DNA of 64,000 nucleotides from Rhodothermales bacterium (GCA_022821385.1 JAJEDR010000089.1:24747-88746), one strand, 5' to 3'; positions 21,371 to 30,813 are shown, counted from the stretch's first letter. Notes: generated by a model from the sequence alone, not told the origin. Numbers and translations: made by a program.

Positions 21371-22516
21371 ATGATCCTGCGCTCACTCCGACTTCGAAGC
21401 GTGCGGGCGCATGCTGACACGACGTTGGCGCTGACGCCCGGTATAAACTTATTATATGGCCCAAATGGTGCAGGTAAGACCAACATCCTTGAAGCAGTCC
21501 ATTATCTCTGTTTGTCGAAAAGCTTTCTGACGGGCGTGGATCGTTATGTGCTTCGGCGCGGTGAAAAGTTTTTTGAGATTGAGGGGGAGTTTACAGGGAC
21601 GCTGCGGCGCGAAGTTACAATACGAATAGCCTTTGCCGTCCGGGAAGGCAAACGGGTGTTTGTAAACGGTGCTCCTCTCGAGCGTCTGGCTGACATTGTT
21701 GGGCTGGTGCCGGTGGTCGTTTTTGCTCCCTGTGATCAAAGCCTGACTCTCGGAGGACCAGAAGGACGCCGGAAATTTCTCAATGGTATGCTCAGTCAGG
21801 CGCGCCCGGCCCATCTGGAGGACCTAATCAACTATCGGCGGGCACTCCGGCAGCGAAACGGATATTTGGCCAATAATCGCGGTCGCCAGATAGATAACGG
21901 CATGATTGCGCCGCTAAACGCAATCCTGGCCCGGCTTGGTGGGCGTATCATAGCACTGCGGGCAGCATTCCTCGAGAAGTTTGGTGAGGAACTCAGGCGT
22001 GCATGGAAGCGGTTGAGTGAAGCGATTGAAGAGCCTGTGATTGTTTATCAGGGATCAATTCCAGACACAAGCTACGCTTCTCCGGCGGAGGCGGAAGAGG
22101 CATTGAAGGACGCGCTTGAACGAGTAACCGAGCGTGATAGGGAACAGGGTAGATCTACGGTCGGCCCACACCGGGATGAGCTGGTCTTCAGACTTGATGG
22201 TCGAGAAGTTCGACGCTTTGCTTCAACGGGGCAGCACCGTTCGTTTGCAATCGCGTTGAAACTGGCCCAGTATTACTACCTGGATTCCCGGATGGAAGAA
22301 AAGCCGCTGTTGCTGTTGGATGATGTGTTTGATTCGCTGGATCCGAAAAGAACGGACGTGATCTTGGACTGGTTGCAAGATAGCGCCACCGGCCAGAGTC
22401 TATTGACGGCAGCGGATGCAGAACGTCTACGGACGCGTGTGATACAGTGGGGGAATCCCAATCAATGCATCCATGTACATTCCGGGGAGGTTAGTCTGAG
22501 TCCGCCGGAGGAATGA
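21371..22516 (+). CDS. recF: DNA replication and repair protein RecF
   Basis: GPNGAGKTNILEA Walker A and an SMC-like signature near the C-terminus (LLLLDDVFDSLD). The ATG at 21371 is preferred to the GTG at 21356. Confidence 0.9.
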   Translation: MILRSLRLRSVRAHADTTLALTPGINLLYGPNGAGKTNILEAVHYLCLSKSFLTGVDRYVLRRGEKFFEIEGEFTGTLRREVTIRIAFAVREGKRVFVNGAPLERLADIVGLVPVVVFAPCDQSLTLGGPEGRRKFLNGMLSQARPAHLEDLINYRRALRQRNGYLANNRGRQIDNGMIAPLNAILARLGGRIIALRAAFLEKFGEELRRAWKRLSEAIEEPVIVYQGSIPDTSYASPAEAEEALKDALERVTERDREQGRSTVGPHRDELVFRLDGREVRRFASTGQHRSFAIALKLAQYYYLDSRMEEKPLLLLDDVFDSLDPKRTDVILDWLQDSATGQSLLTAADAERLRTRVIQWGNPNQCIHVHSGEVSLSPPEE

Positions 22517-22934
22517 TGGTGGCCAAACCCTTCACGGAAATCTTGTCAGCGTCGTTGTAGACGTAGGTCTCTGCCTTTACGTATCGCCTATTTTCGAATT
22601 TTTCTACGATCTTGACCAGAACCCGCACTTCCGAATTGACGCGCACGGGTCGAAGAAAACGACACGAGATGGATACGGCCACGCTCCCTGGACCCGGGAA
22701 ATCCCGCCCCAGGACCTTGGAGATCAATCCCAAGAGGAACACGCCATGTACGATGCGATAACCAAAACGGGTTCCTTCTGCGTATGCGGCATCGACATGA
22801 AGGGGATTATCGTCACCGGTGATTTCAGCGAAAGTCAATACATCATGCTCACTGACGAAGCGGCGAATTTCGTAGCTGTCGCCAATGTTTAGCGAATCAA
22901 AAGTGTGAGACACCTCCTGATCGGTATGACTCAT
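22491..22934 (-). CDS. MaoC-like (R)-specific enoyl-CoA hydratase/dehydratase
   Basis: Hot-dog fold hydratase motif GDDNPLHVD, 147 aa. Overlaps the recF 3' end by 26 nt (convergent). Confidence 0.8.
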   Translation of the reverse strand: MSHTDQEVSHTFDSLNIGDSYEIRRFVSEHDVLTFAEITGDDNPLHVDAAYAEGTRFGYRIVHGVFLLGLISKVLGRDFPGPGSVAVSISCRFLRPVRVNSEVRVLVKIVEKFENRRYVKAETYVYNDADKISVKGLATIIPPADSD

Positions 22935-23091
22935 CGCGAAAAGTTAAACAAAGAGCTTAGTACAACTCTTGAAGATACAACACGAGCGGGTATTTTTGCG
23001 AACCAAGGGCTTTGTGCACGGCGCCAAGGGCAAAGAAGACGATTACGTACTTAACCTGCTATACTATACCAGTTAGGTACACAATTCCCCA

Positions 23092-24060
23092 ATGACAATA
23101 CGGGAGCGACTAGAGAATTTAGGCGAGACGCCGCGCGGCAGGCGTACCGTGCGTGTTGCTCAGACGGTCTTCACAGTCGGGATCGTTCTGTTTCTGGTGT
23201 GGAAATTGCGGGCCGTGGAGTTCCGGGAGGTGCTTCAGGGGCTACCACAAAACGTGGAATTTTACGTGCTTTTGGTTGCACTGTACTTTCTTTTGCCCAC
23301 AATACAGATACTGGCTTACAGATCGGTGTGGGATTTTCGTCTGGGAGCGGGCATCAAGGCTTTTATAAAGAAGCGAATATTGAATAAGGATGTGCTAGGC
23401 TACTCGGGCGAGGTATATATTTTTGCCTGGGCGCAGAAACATGTTGATCTGCCACGCCGGGCACTTTTGGAAACCGTGCGAGATATGAACATAATATCCG
23501 CAGCGGCCTCCACCCTGATGGCGGTGCTACTTCTTGCATTTTTTGTGCTGGAGGGCCGGATCAATATTCAGGATCTGATAGGAGAAAGACAGGCTTTTGC
23601 TTTGGTGGGAGCGGGGGCCTTTACGATTATTCTGCTTCTCATAATATTTACGCGGCGGCGATGGCTCTTTTCGATGCCATGGCGAGCAACACGCATAGTT
23701 TTTGGACTTCATATCGCACGTGTAATCTTGCGGCAGGTCTTGGAAATCAGCATGTGGCACCTGGCAATGCCGGAAGTGCCTTTGCAGACGTGGTTTACTT
23801 ATGCGGCACTTTCAATTGTTGTAACGCGCATCCCCATTTCAAACCAGGACTTGGTGATCATGGGGTTGGCGGTAGGCATTGCGGGGGCGATGACCGTATC
23901 GGAGGCGCATATAGCTGCACTGTTTGGCGCCGTAGCATTGGTTAATCGCTTGATAAACCTGCTCTTTTTTGCGACGCTCTCAGTACGCTTGCCACAAGAG
24001 GAAGGCCAGGAATCTGTAACCAAAGCTGCAGCGGAAGCGTCAATAGAGATCAAGTCGTAG
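23092..24060 (+). CDS. polytopic membrane protein, LPG-synthase-TM/flippase-like (PF03706-like)
   Basis: 322 aa with about 8 hydrophobic spans and a basic N-terminus followed by the first TM. The family call is from overall pattern only. Confidence 0.5.
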   Translation: MTIRERLENLGETPRGRRTVRVAQTVFTVGIVLFLVWKLRAVEFREVLQGLPQNVEFYVLLVALYFLLPTIQILAYRSVWDFRLGAGIKAFIKKRILNKDVLGYSGEVYIFAWAQKHVDLPRRALLETVRDMNIISAAASTLMAVLLLAFFVLEGRINIQDLIGERQAFALVGAGAFTIILLLIIFTRRRWLFSMPWRATRIVFGLHIARVILRQVLEISMWHLAMPEVPLQTWFTYAALSIVVTRIPISNQDLVIMGLAVGIAGAMTVSEAHIAALFGAVALVNRLINLLFFATLSVRLPQEEGQESVTKAAAEASIEIKS

Positions 24061-24069
24061 GGAAAATCG

Positions 24070-24780
24070 ATGCGGGTTACGCCATTGCTGTTACTAATTG
24101 TTCTGACGAATCTGGCAACAGGCAGCGCGTTTTCGCAGGAAATTATGGTCATTGAAGACTTTGAGCAGTACGAAATCCGCAGTCTGCCTCACCTGTGGCG
24201 AATGCCAGACAAGAACATGAGAAGGATGCGTGATTTGCCTCCAGATCACGCGAGGCCTAATGAGTTCGTTAGTGTAGTTGCAGAGGGGGGCGGAAACGTA
24301 TTGCGGGCGTACACGGAGGGGGAGTCCGTACAGGTCGCGCTATCACGGGCGGATGAGCTTGTCTGGAATCTGAATTCGTTTCCCCGGTTGCGCTGGCGCT
24401 GGCGGGCGGACGAGTTGCCAGATGGCGCGAGAGAGGATACACGGAGGTTGAATGATACAGGCGCGGCGCTGTACGTCGCGTTTGATTGCAATGATTGGCT
24501 CGGCCGCCCGTGTACGATAAAATACACATACAGCAGTACGCTTCCAACAGATACCCGTGTCCGCTATGGCAGGCTTTTTGCGTGGGTGGTGACCACAGCA
24601 AGAGATGTGATGGGGAACTGGGTTACCGTTGAACGCAACGTGGTCCAGGATTATGAACGGCTTTTTGGAAGCGCCCCTCCGGGTAACCCGATCTATATCA
24701 TGATTTGGAGTGACAGTGACAATACGGGCGGGGTGGCGGATGTGTATTTTGATGATCTTGTGGTTTTGGCCGAAGGATGA
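24070..24780 (+). CDS. secreted DUF3047-like protein
   Basis: Signal peptide MRVTPLLLLIVLTNLATGSAFSQE. FPRLRWRWRADELP...AALYVAFD core as I remember DUF3047. Its stop overlaps the next start (ATGA). Confidence 0.5.
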   Translation: MRVTPLLLLIVLTNLATGSAFSQEIMVIEDFEQYEIRSLPHLWRMPDKNMRRMRDLPPDHARPNEFVSVVAEGGGNVLRAYTEGESVQVALSRADELVWNLNSFPRLRWRWRADELPDGAREDTRRLNDTGAALYVAFDCNDWLGRPCTIKYTYSSTLPTDTRVRYGRLFAWVVTTARDVMGNWVTVERNVVQDYERLFGSAPPGNPIYIMIWSDSDNTGGVADVYFDDLVVLAEG

Positions 24781-27293
24781 CAGCACTTTTTCGTCAATTG
24801 CGCGGTTGGATCCGGGTTGTCGTTCGACATCCAGGACTAGTACTGGTGGTCGCCCTTGTAATTTCTGCGGGTTGCGTAATACTTGCAGGGAGGTTGACCA
24901 TAGATCCGGATTTTGCCAACCTGATCCCCAAGTCGTATCCCAGCGTCCAGGCTGTTGAGAAGATTCGGGAAACGATAGGCGCCGGCGAGGTTTCGGTTGA
25001 CTTGGCGATAGAAAGTCCCTCCTTTACGGCGAACCTGGCCTTTGCCGAGGCTTTGGTTCCGAGTGCAATGGCGCTAGAGGATCCACAGACAGGCGAACGC
25101 CTGTTTGTGCGACAGGAGTTGCGGCGAGACACAAGGTTTTTGGCGGACAACGGATTGTATTTCGCGACGGATGAGGAGTTGTCGGCTCTCGAAATATGGT
25201 TAGAGGACAAGATTATCGAGGCCAAACTGGAAGCGAACCCATTTTTTTTCAGTCTCGAGGATGAGGAAGAAACAGATGAGGACGCAGACTTAGAGGAGCT
25301 GGAGTCTGTATTCGACCAGATTGTGGGTCCCGAATACCTGACTAATGCGGACAGCACCATCCTGGTTGTTCGATTTTTTGTCTCAGGATCCTCTTCCGAT
25401 GTGAGCTATATCGAGACGATCTACAGCGCTATGGAGGATGCGATTCAGAACATCTCCCCCTCCTCTTACCACACAGACTTGAAGACGTACCTAGCCGGTC
25501 GATTGTGGAGGCAGAATATTGAGGTGCGTGCCATTACGGATGATGTTGTAGGATCTTTTGGCGTAGGGGTGCTTGCCGTGTTGTTTGTCTTGATGGCTTA
25601 CTTTTTTACCAAAGCAGTCCGATTGCGAGGAAAGAGGGCCGCCTGGGCAGAACTTGCGCGAGCTCCACTTACCACGTTACTCATTGGAATCCCTCTTCTG
25701 ATGAGTTTGACCTGGACTGCAGGAATAGGATTTCTGGTCTACGGGACCCTGAACCTGTTCAGTTCAACGCTCGGGTTGGTGTTGTTCGGGTTGGGGATTG
25801 ATTACGGGATTCATTTTTATGCGCGCTACATAGAAGAACGAGGGGCGGGGCATAATGTAGAGACCGCGGCAGAGCGCACTTTTATGAGCTCGGGGCAGGC
25901 GATCGCAGTGGGAGCGTTGACCACAGCAGCAGCGCTGTATGTGTTGATGGCGGCAGACTTCAAGGGTTTCAGCGAGTTTGGATTTCTTGCGGGGACCGGG
26001 GTCCTGATTGCGCTGCTTTTGACGTTGCATGTGTTACCGGCCCTTCTGGTGTTGTGTGAGCGGATAGGTCTGTTGCATTTTGAACGGGATCAGCCGATGA
26101 AGTCCGTAGCACGCGGGAGATTAATCGGTGCACGGGGACTTCTGGCTGGCTGTATTGCCATAACCGTTGTTGCCGTTTTTCTGGCACCAGGTATTCGGTT
26201 TGAATACAGGTTTTCGCTCTTGGAGCCCGTATATGATGACTGGGTAATGGTGAACTCGAAGGTGGCGAGCGCTTATAGTGATTTCAATCGCCGGAATCCG
26301 GCATATATAGTGGTGGATGACCCTGAAGAAGTGCTGGCGGTCGCGGAAATTTTGCGGGCGAGGATGGAAACGGATACCACGCTCCATGTAGTAGACTCCG
26401 ACACTTTCCAGACAACCATTCGAGAGGTTGAGACGCTTCAGGATCGATTTCCTTTGGAGCCGGAGGAGCAATACGCCAAACTTGCTCACATAGCTTTCAT
26501 CAGGGACACGCTCTTGGCTGACCCTGTTCTGGTCGGAAGCGAGGGGCTTGGACGGGTACGGAGAGCTGCACAGACTCGTACTCCCATCGCAGTCGAAGAT
26601 GTCCCTGAGATATTGAGTAAGCGTTTCATTTCCAAGACGGGTGAGCTGGGCGGCTATATCACGATATTGCCGGCAGTTGGTCTTTCGGACGGGCGTAAAT
26701 CCATGGCATTCGCCGAGGATGTGGGAAGCATAGAAACACCAGATGGCAAGGTTTATCACGCAGGATCTTCGTCTATTGTGGCTGCGGATGTGTTACGTCT
26801 GATGCGTCAGGAGAGCCCGTACATGGTGTTGGCTACACTTGTCATCGTGATGCTTTTGATGTGGGTGAATTTTGGCAAGTTGCGCTGGGCGCTCCTAGCT
26901 ATGTTGCCCCTAGTTATCGGGGTGATCTGGATGATCCTGTTTATGCAGGTCTTTGGTATGCGGCTTAATTTCTACAACCTATTTGTTATTCCGGCGATAA
27001 TTGGCATTGGCAATGACGCGGGCGCGCATTTAGTGCACAGGTACAGGGAGGAGGGCCATGGCGCTATGTGGCGCACGTTGCGATCGACCGGGGAACACGT
27101 TACCATGGGCGCATTAACGACCATGGTGGGTTTTGGGGGGCTCCTGTTGAGTTTTCATCCGGGATTGAGGACGGTGGGCGCTCTAGCCATTGCGGGTATC
27201 GGAGCGACGCTTTTGGCGGCGCTGCTATTTCTTCCGGCACTCATTCAGTTGCAGGAAGATCGCGGGGTTCTTGGTTCGAGGCCTAACTCATAG
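24777..27293 (+). CDS. MMPL/RND-superfamily transporter
   Basis: 838 aa with two 6-TM bundles, each preceded by a large soluble loop, and MMPL-type TM blocks (LGLVLFGLGIDYGIHF, IPAIIGIGNDAGAHLVHRY). Confidence 0.85.
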   Translation: MTALFRQLRGWIRVVVRHPGLVLVVALVISAGCVILAGRLTIDPDFANLIPKSYPSVQAVEKIRETIGAGEVSVDLAIESPSFTANLAFAEALVPSAMALEDPQTGERLFVRQELRRDTRFLADNGLYFATDEELSALEIWLEDKIIEAKLEANPFFFSLEDEEETDEDADLEELESVFDQIVGPEYLTNADSTILVVRFFVSGSSSDVSYIETIYSAMEDAIQNISPSSYHTDLKTYLAGRLWRQNIEVRAITDDVVGSFGVGVLAVLFVLMAYFFTKAVRLRGKRAAWAELARAPLTTLLIGIPLLMSLTWTAGIGFLVYGTLNLFSSTLGLVLFGLGIDYGIHFYARYIEERGAGHNVETAAERTFMSSGQAIAVGALTTAAALYVLMAADFKGFSEFGFLAGTGVLIALLLTLHVLPALLVLCERIGLLHFERDQPMKSVARGRLIGARGLLAGCIAITVVAVFLAPGIRFEYRFSLLEPVYDDWVMVNSKVASAYSDFNRRNPAYIVVDDPEEVLAVAEILRARMETDTTLHVVDSDTFQTTIREVETLQDRFPLEPEEQYAKLAHIAFIRDTLLADPVLVGSEGLGRVRRAAQTRTPIAVEDVPEILSKRFISKTGELGGYITILPAVGLSDGRKSMAFAEDVGSIETPDGKVYHAGSSSIVAADVLRLMRQESPYMVLATLVIVMLLMWVNFGKLRWALLAMLPLVIGVIWMILFMQVFGMRLNFYNLFVIPAIIGIGNDAGAHLVHRYREEGHGAMWRTLRSTGEHVTMGALTTMVGFGGLLLSFHPGLRTVGALAIAGIGATLLAALLFLPALIQLQEDRGVLGSRPNS

Positions 27294-27718
27294 CTCTTAT
27301 CCGCCTGAGCTTGATAAAGTCGGAGAAGCTTCTTACGGTTATAACAACCGGCGGCGATGATCCCGGTTACATCATGAGGATTAATCACATGAGATGCATC
27401 ACACCTGGTCGCCGGCAGAAGTCTGTGATGGGGCGTTCAAGCCATGACATCCTTCGTCAACCCTCATGAAAATGGCGCGTGTTGTGGGCCAGACCTCTGG
27501 GAGCCGGTACTTTCGTAGAAATATCCACCATAGCTGACCTGCATAACATTCTGTGCTGCCGCGACTGTTGTATACTCTGGAGGGCAACATCAATCTCGCT
27601 TGAAACGGCAAACTTGTGCACCATGCTAAGGAGGTCTTATAGTAGGGCTTTTTTTCCTCTCACTCGCTCAGCCCAGATCTAACAACTTTCCCACTTAAAA
27701 AGATGGAAATCCCCAAAT

Positions 27719-28897
27719 ATGTACAGTACGAAACCCGCCATGATTAGCTTGCTCGTGAGGCGTGAAGTTGCAATTGCCAGATCGTCCGGGGTAGCGGTTT
27801 CCCTGGTGGCATCGCTTCTAATTCTGGTGGCATCGCTGCGTCCGGGAGGCTCCGCGGAAGCCATGCAGGCTCACGTACCCGTGTTAACGCTAACGGAAGT
27901 ATTTCGAATCGGAGATGAAAATGCAGAAGACGGCCTGCTTTTGGGAAGACCCAGAGACATGGCGGTCGATTCCCGGGGAAGGTTGTATGTCGCCGACAGT
28001 GGCTGGGACGGACTGCTGGTGTTTTCGGATACCGGAGTGTCAGAGGGTGTTATTGGGCGTGCGGGCAAAGGGCCCGGCGAATTCGAAAGGGTGTCCGCCG
28101 TCCATATTGACGCGAAGGATTCTGTCTATGTCTGGGACAACCTTCAAAAGCGGATCACCATATTCTCTCCTGACGACCATGAATATGTCCACAGCTTTGC
28201 GGTGCTGTCTGATAGGATGATTATAGGGGGCCTTGTGGGGGCCACTGATCGAGGGTTTCTGGTTCGGTATTACGGTATTCCGGGCTGGAGCTTGCCCGCC
28301 AGCATGGAGAACTTGGCGAAAGTCAAGCTCCTCGATTGGAGTGGCACAGCGATAATGGATTCTGTTGCGTATCTGCAGGGTCAGGAGACGCTTATGCATG
28401 ACGTGAGGGGAATGCATCTGCCGTTTGGTCCTGAACCTCACTTTGTCTTGGCACCCGATCAGACGCTGTACTATGGCTCAAGCAGCGCAATACACTTGGT
28501 TCGAACGGCAATGGATGGCGCTTCCAATGAAGCCATTGACGTACCGCATATTCCAGTAGGCGTTTCGAAGGGAGAGCGGGACAGGATCATACAGGAGGAA
28601 GACGAGAGGGTATTCAGGCGCATGCTTCGGGATCGACTTCCCGAGATCAAGCCGGCCTTTGTCCGCATTGTGCCGGATGACGAGGGGCGAATCTGGATTG
28701 CTTTGAGCCACGCAGAGAATGTCGACGTAGTGGAGTGGTTGGTGGTGGATAGCACGGGAACGGTTGTGGCACGCACAGAATTGCCCGAGCACGTCAGGTT
28801 GTATGCCGTGAGAGATGGCCGCGCGTACGGGCGATTGACCAGTCCGGAAACGGGCGTGCCCATGGTAGTAGCTTGGGCAATTGACCATGGCGAATAG
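27719..28897 (+). CDS. 6-bladed beta-propeller protein, paralogue 3
   Basis: Signal peptide, GRAGKGPGEF motif, and VFRIGDE and RDGRAYG blocks shared with 8892-10073. Confidence 0.7.
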   Translation: MYSTKPAMISLLVRREVAIARSSGVAVSLVASLLILVASLRPGGSAEAMQAHVPVLTLTEVFRIGDENAEDGLLLGRPRDMAVDSRGRLYVADSGWDGLLVFSDTGVSEGVIGRAGKGPGEFERVSAVHIDAKDSVYVWDNLQKRITIFSPDDHEYVHSFAVLSDRMIIGGLVGATDRGFLVRYYGIPGWSLPASMENLAKVKLLDWSGTAIMDSVAYLQGQETLMHDVRGMHLPFGPEPHFVLAPDQTLYYGSSSAIHLVRTAMDGASNEAIDVPHIPVGVSKGERDRIIQEEDERVFRRMLRDRLPEIKPAFVRIVPDDEGRIWIALSHAENVDVVEWLVVDSTGTVVARTELPEHVRLYAVRDGRAYGRLTSPETGVPMVVAWAIDHGE

Positions 28898-28898
28898 G

Positions 28899-29090
28899 TG
28901 CGACTTTCTAGGCAACGATTCGAGAGGTAGAAATGCTTCAGGATCGAATTCCTTTGGAGCCGGAGAAGCAAAATGACAAACTTGCCCACATGCTTTCATA
29001 ATCATGCACTGCAAACGGTAACGTCACGAACCGATCACCGCTTCGAAGTTTTGTCTTGTACGGAGACTACTAGCATACTTGATCAAGACA
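28899..29090 (+). pseudogene. internal relic of a second MMPL transporter gene
   Basis: 28918-29000 aligns by hand to 26418-26500 inside the intact MMPL gene (61 of 70 nt identical in the best block). It translates to ATF*ATIREVEMLQDRIPLEPEKQNDKLAHMLS* versus the intact DTFQTTIREVETLQDRFPLEPEEQYAKLAHIAF. A second matching block, GTACGGAGA, lies at the same offset (77 vs 75 nt). Confidence 0.75.
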
Positions 29091-29218
29091 ATCCCGACTG
29101 AACCATAGGAAGTCAAGAAAGAATCAAGGCCCAACTGCGCGATAACCTGACTGTCGGCTCCAAATCTGGCTGCCGAAGCTCACTACATCCAAACTAGCGC
29201 CTCCTCTAAACGGCCAGC

Positions 29219-29249
29219 GGGAAGCGCTCTGTATACAGAGGCGCTCCCC
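29219..29249. terminator. long imperfect palindromic hairpin between convergent units
   Basis: GGGAAGCGCTCTGTA/TACAGAGGCGCTCCCC with one bulge, and T-runs on both sides. Lies between the MMPL relic (+) and lipoprotein A (-). Confidence 0.45.
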
Positions 29250-29378
29250 GCTTTATGTCTTCAACAATTAGCTGCAGTTGATCACTCCAGTTCTTGGGTG
29301 CCGTGCTCCCCTTGCCCGGAGTCCGCTGCCCTGCTCACCACAGCAAATCTCAGCGTGGACACTTAAGGTCGCGAGTGT

Positions 29379-29759
29379 CTATGAGCGGGAGGACCCGATC
29401 TCGACATGGACGCTGTATGCGTTGAAATTGCTCTGGTTGCTGGCATTGAGTTCGACCGATTCGGTCTCTCCCGCAGCGAGATCTACATTCGGGGTGGGGC
29501 CAAGCTCCACTCCATTTGACAGATGAATCTCAACTCTGACCTTTGTGACCGTCGCATTCGTCGTGTTGGTGACCGTGCCAGTGAACACCTTGCGCGAACC
29601 GTCATAATTCATAACTAATTCGACTCCGCTGCGAATTTCCTTGGCTGTGTCGGTTAATGCGAACTGCGTTCCCGACTCACCCTGTTCCCCCATGGAATCG
29701 CATGCGGCAAGAGTGCCAATCATAAGGGTAAGAATAGCGAGCACTTTGAAGCTTTTCAT
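29379..29759 (-). CDS. small lipoprotein, tandem paralogue A
   Basis: Lipobox GTLAAC, 126 aa. The core TGTVTNTTNATVTKVRVEIHLSNGVELGPTPNVDLAAGE is nearly identical in pattern to paralogue B. Confidence 0.6.
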   Translation of the reverse strand: MKSFKVLAILTLMIGTLAACDSMGEQGESGTQFALTDTAKEIRSGVELVMNYDGSRKVFTGTVTNTTNATVTKVRVEIHLSNGVELGPTPNVDLAAGETESVELNASNQSNFNAYSVHVEIGSSRS

Positions 29760-30330
29760 GGTATCGTCCTGTTTGGTTTGGTGTAAAGTGTGTGAAACCC
29801 GAGTAGCTATGATGCATGCGTTAACTCAAAGGACGGAAAATGAGAAGGTTTGACCGGATCGTGCACATTGTGTGCATTGTGCTGCCCGTAATCCCGCACC
29901 CCACTCCATGAGGCCAACTGGAGTCGAATATGCATCAGGTGGCCCTGCGCCGGACTACTTTCAATATCATTGGTGATATCTACTGCTGACAGCGGGCTGT
30001 ACCAGCTGGCTGATCTTTGTTGAAGCACATTCCTCAAAAACCGTGCCAAAGTGGCGTTTTTTTGTTCATGAGGTCGATCCACTTACACAAAACAGGCCAG
30101 ATATACGCAATTAATGTGGCGACAGTATCCATAGGATAGAGGTTCAAAACCGGTGCCCCACAACATGACTACAATTAGCCAGTTTCAACTAGAATTGCCA
30201 AACTCAATGACATCCGACTGGACTAATCTCCTAACAAGCAAAGCGCGGGGCGCAAACTTGTGTATCCCTGTTTGCCTCAAGTTCGGGGGAAGAGAACAGC
30301 TTGGATCCCGCTGGTCAAATCAGCAAACAG

Positions 30331-30813
30331 TTAGGGACTGTTCTCCCCTTCCTCCTCACTGTGTCCACTGCCATGTTCGCCAGATCCGATCTCGACGTGC
30401 GCGCTGAACGTCGTGAAGGTCTGTGAACCGGCATCAAGTTCAACTCCTTTGCTCTCGCCTGCCGCAAGATCCACGGTAGGTGTGGGGCCAAGCTCGACTC
30501 CGTTTGATAGATGAATTTCAACCCGAACCGTTTCGATTGTTGCGTCAGTCGTATTAGTAACCGTACCATTGAACACTTCGCTGGTGCTATCGTAGCTGAT
30601 GCTCAACTCTATCCCGCTCCGGATTTCCTCTGCAGTGTCCGCTAATGCGTACTGCGTGCCTGATTCTCCTTCCTCGCCTCCCTCTCCCTGCTCTGCTGTC
30701 CTCTCATTGACCATTTCCTCGCCGTAATCCGTCGTTTCGTCGTTCTCCCCGGCGCAGCCGGCAAAAACGCCGACCATGAGCGCAAGGATAATAAGTAAAC
30801 TGGGGCTTTTCAT
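30331..30813 (-). CDS. small lipoprotein, tandem paralogue B (acidic linker and His/Glu-rich tail)
   Basis: Lipobox GVFAGC, 160 aa, core NGTVTNTTDATIETVRVEIHLSNGVELGPTPTVDLAAGE, tail GSGEHGSGHSEEEGENSP. Confidence 0.65.
   Translation of the reverse strand: MKSPSLLIILALMVGVFAGCAGENDETTDYGEEMVNERTAEQGEGGEEGESGTQYALADTAEEIRSGIELSISYDSTSEVFNGTVTNTTDATIETVRVEIHLSNGVELGPTPTVDLAAGESKGVELDAGSQTFTTFSAHVEIGSGEHGSGHSEEEGENSP

Noticed and set aside
24343-29014. Long antisense ORFs inside the DUF3047-like, MMPL and propeller genes (for example 24343-24786, 26121-26759, 28471-28989, 28478-29014).
   Set aside because: They lie opposite well-supported genes and have Arg/Ser/Pro-rich composition, as expected from GC-rich antisense frames. 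Their shared LLRLQR.SILK peptide simply reflects the MMPL fragment repeat.
29807-30082. 91-aa His-rich minus-strand ORF upstream of lipoprotein A, as a second gene of the duplicated module.
   Set aside because: The homologous DNA upstream of lipoprotein B aligns only with indels that are not multiples of three and shifts frame. The similarity therefore looks like a conserved non-coding 5' region rather than a protein. Kept as part of the repeat, not called as a CDS.
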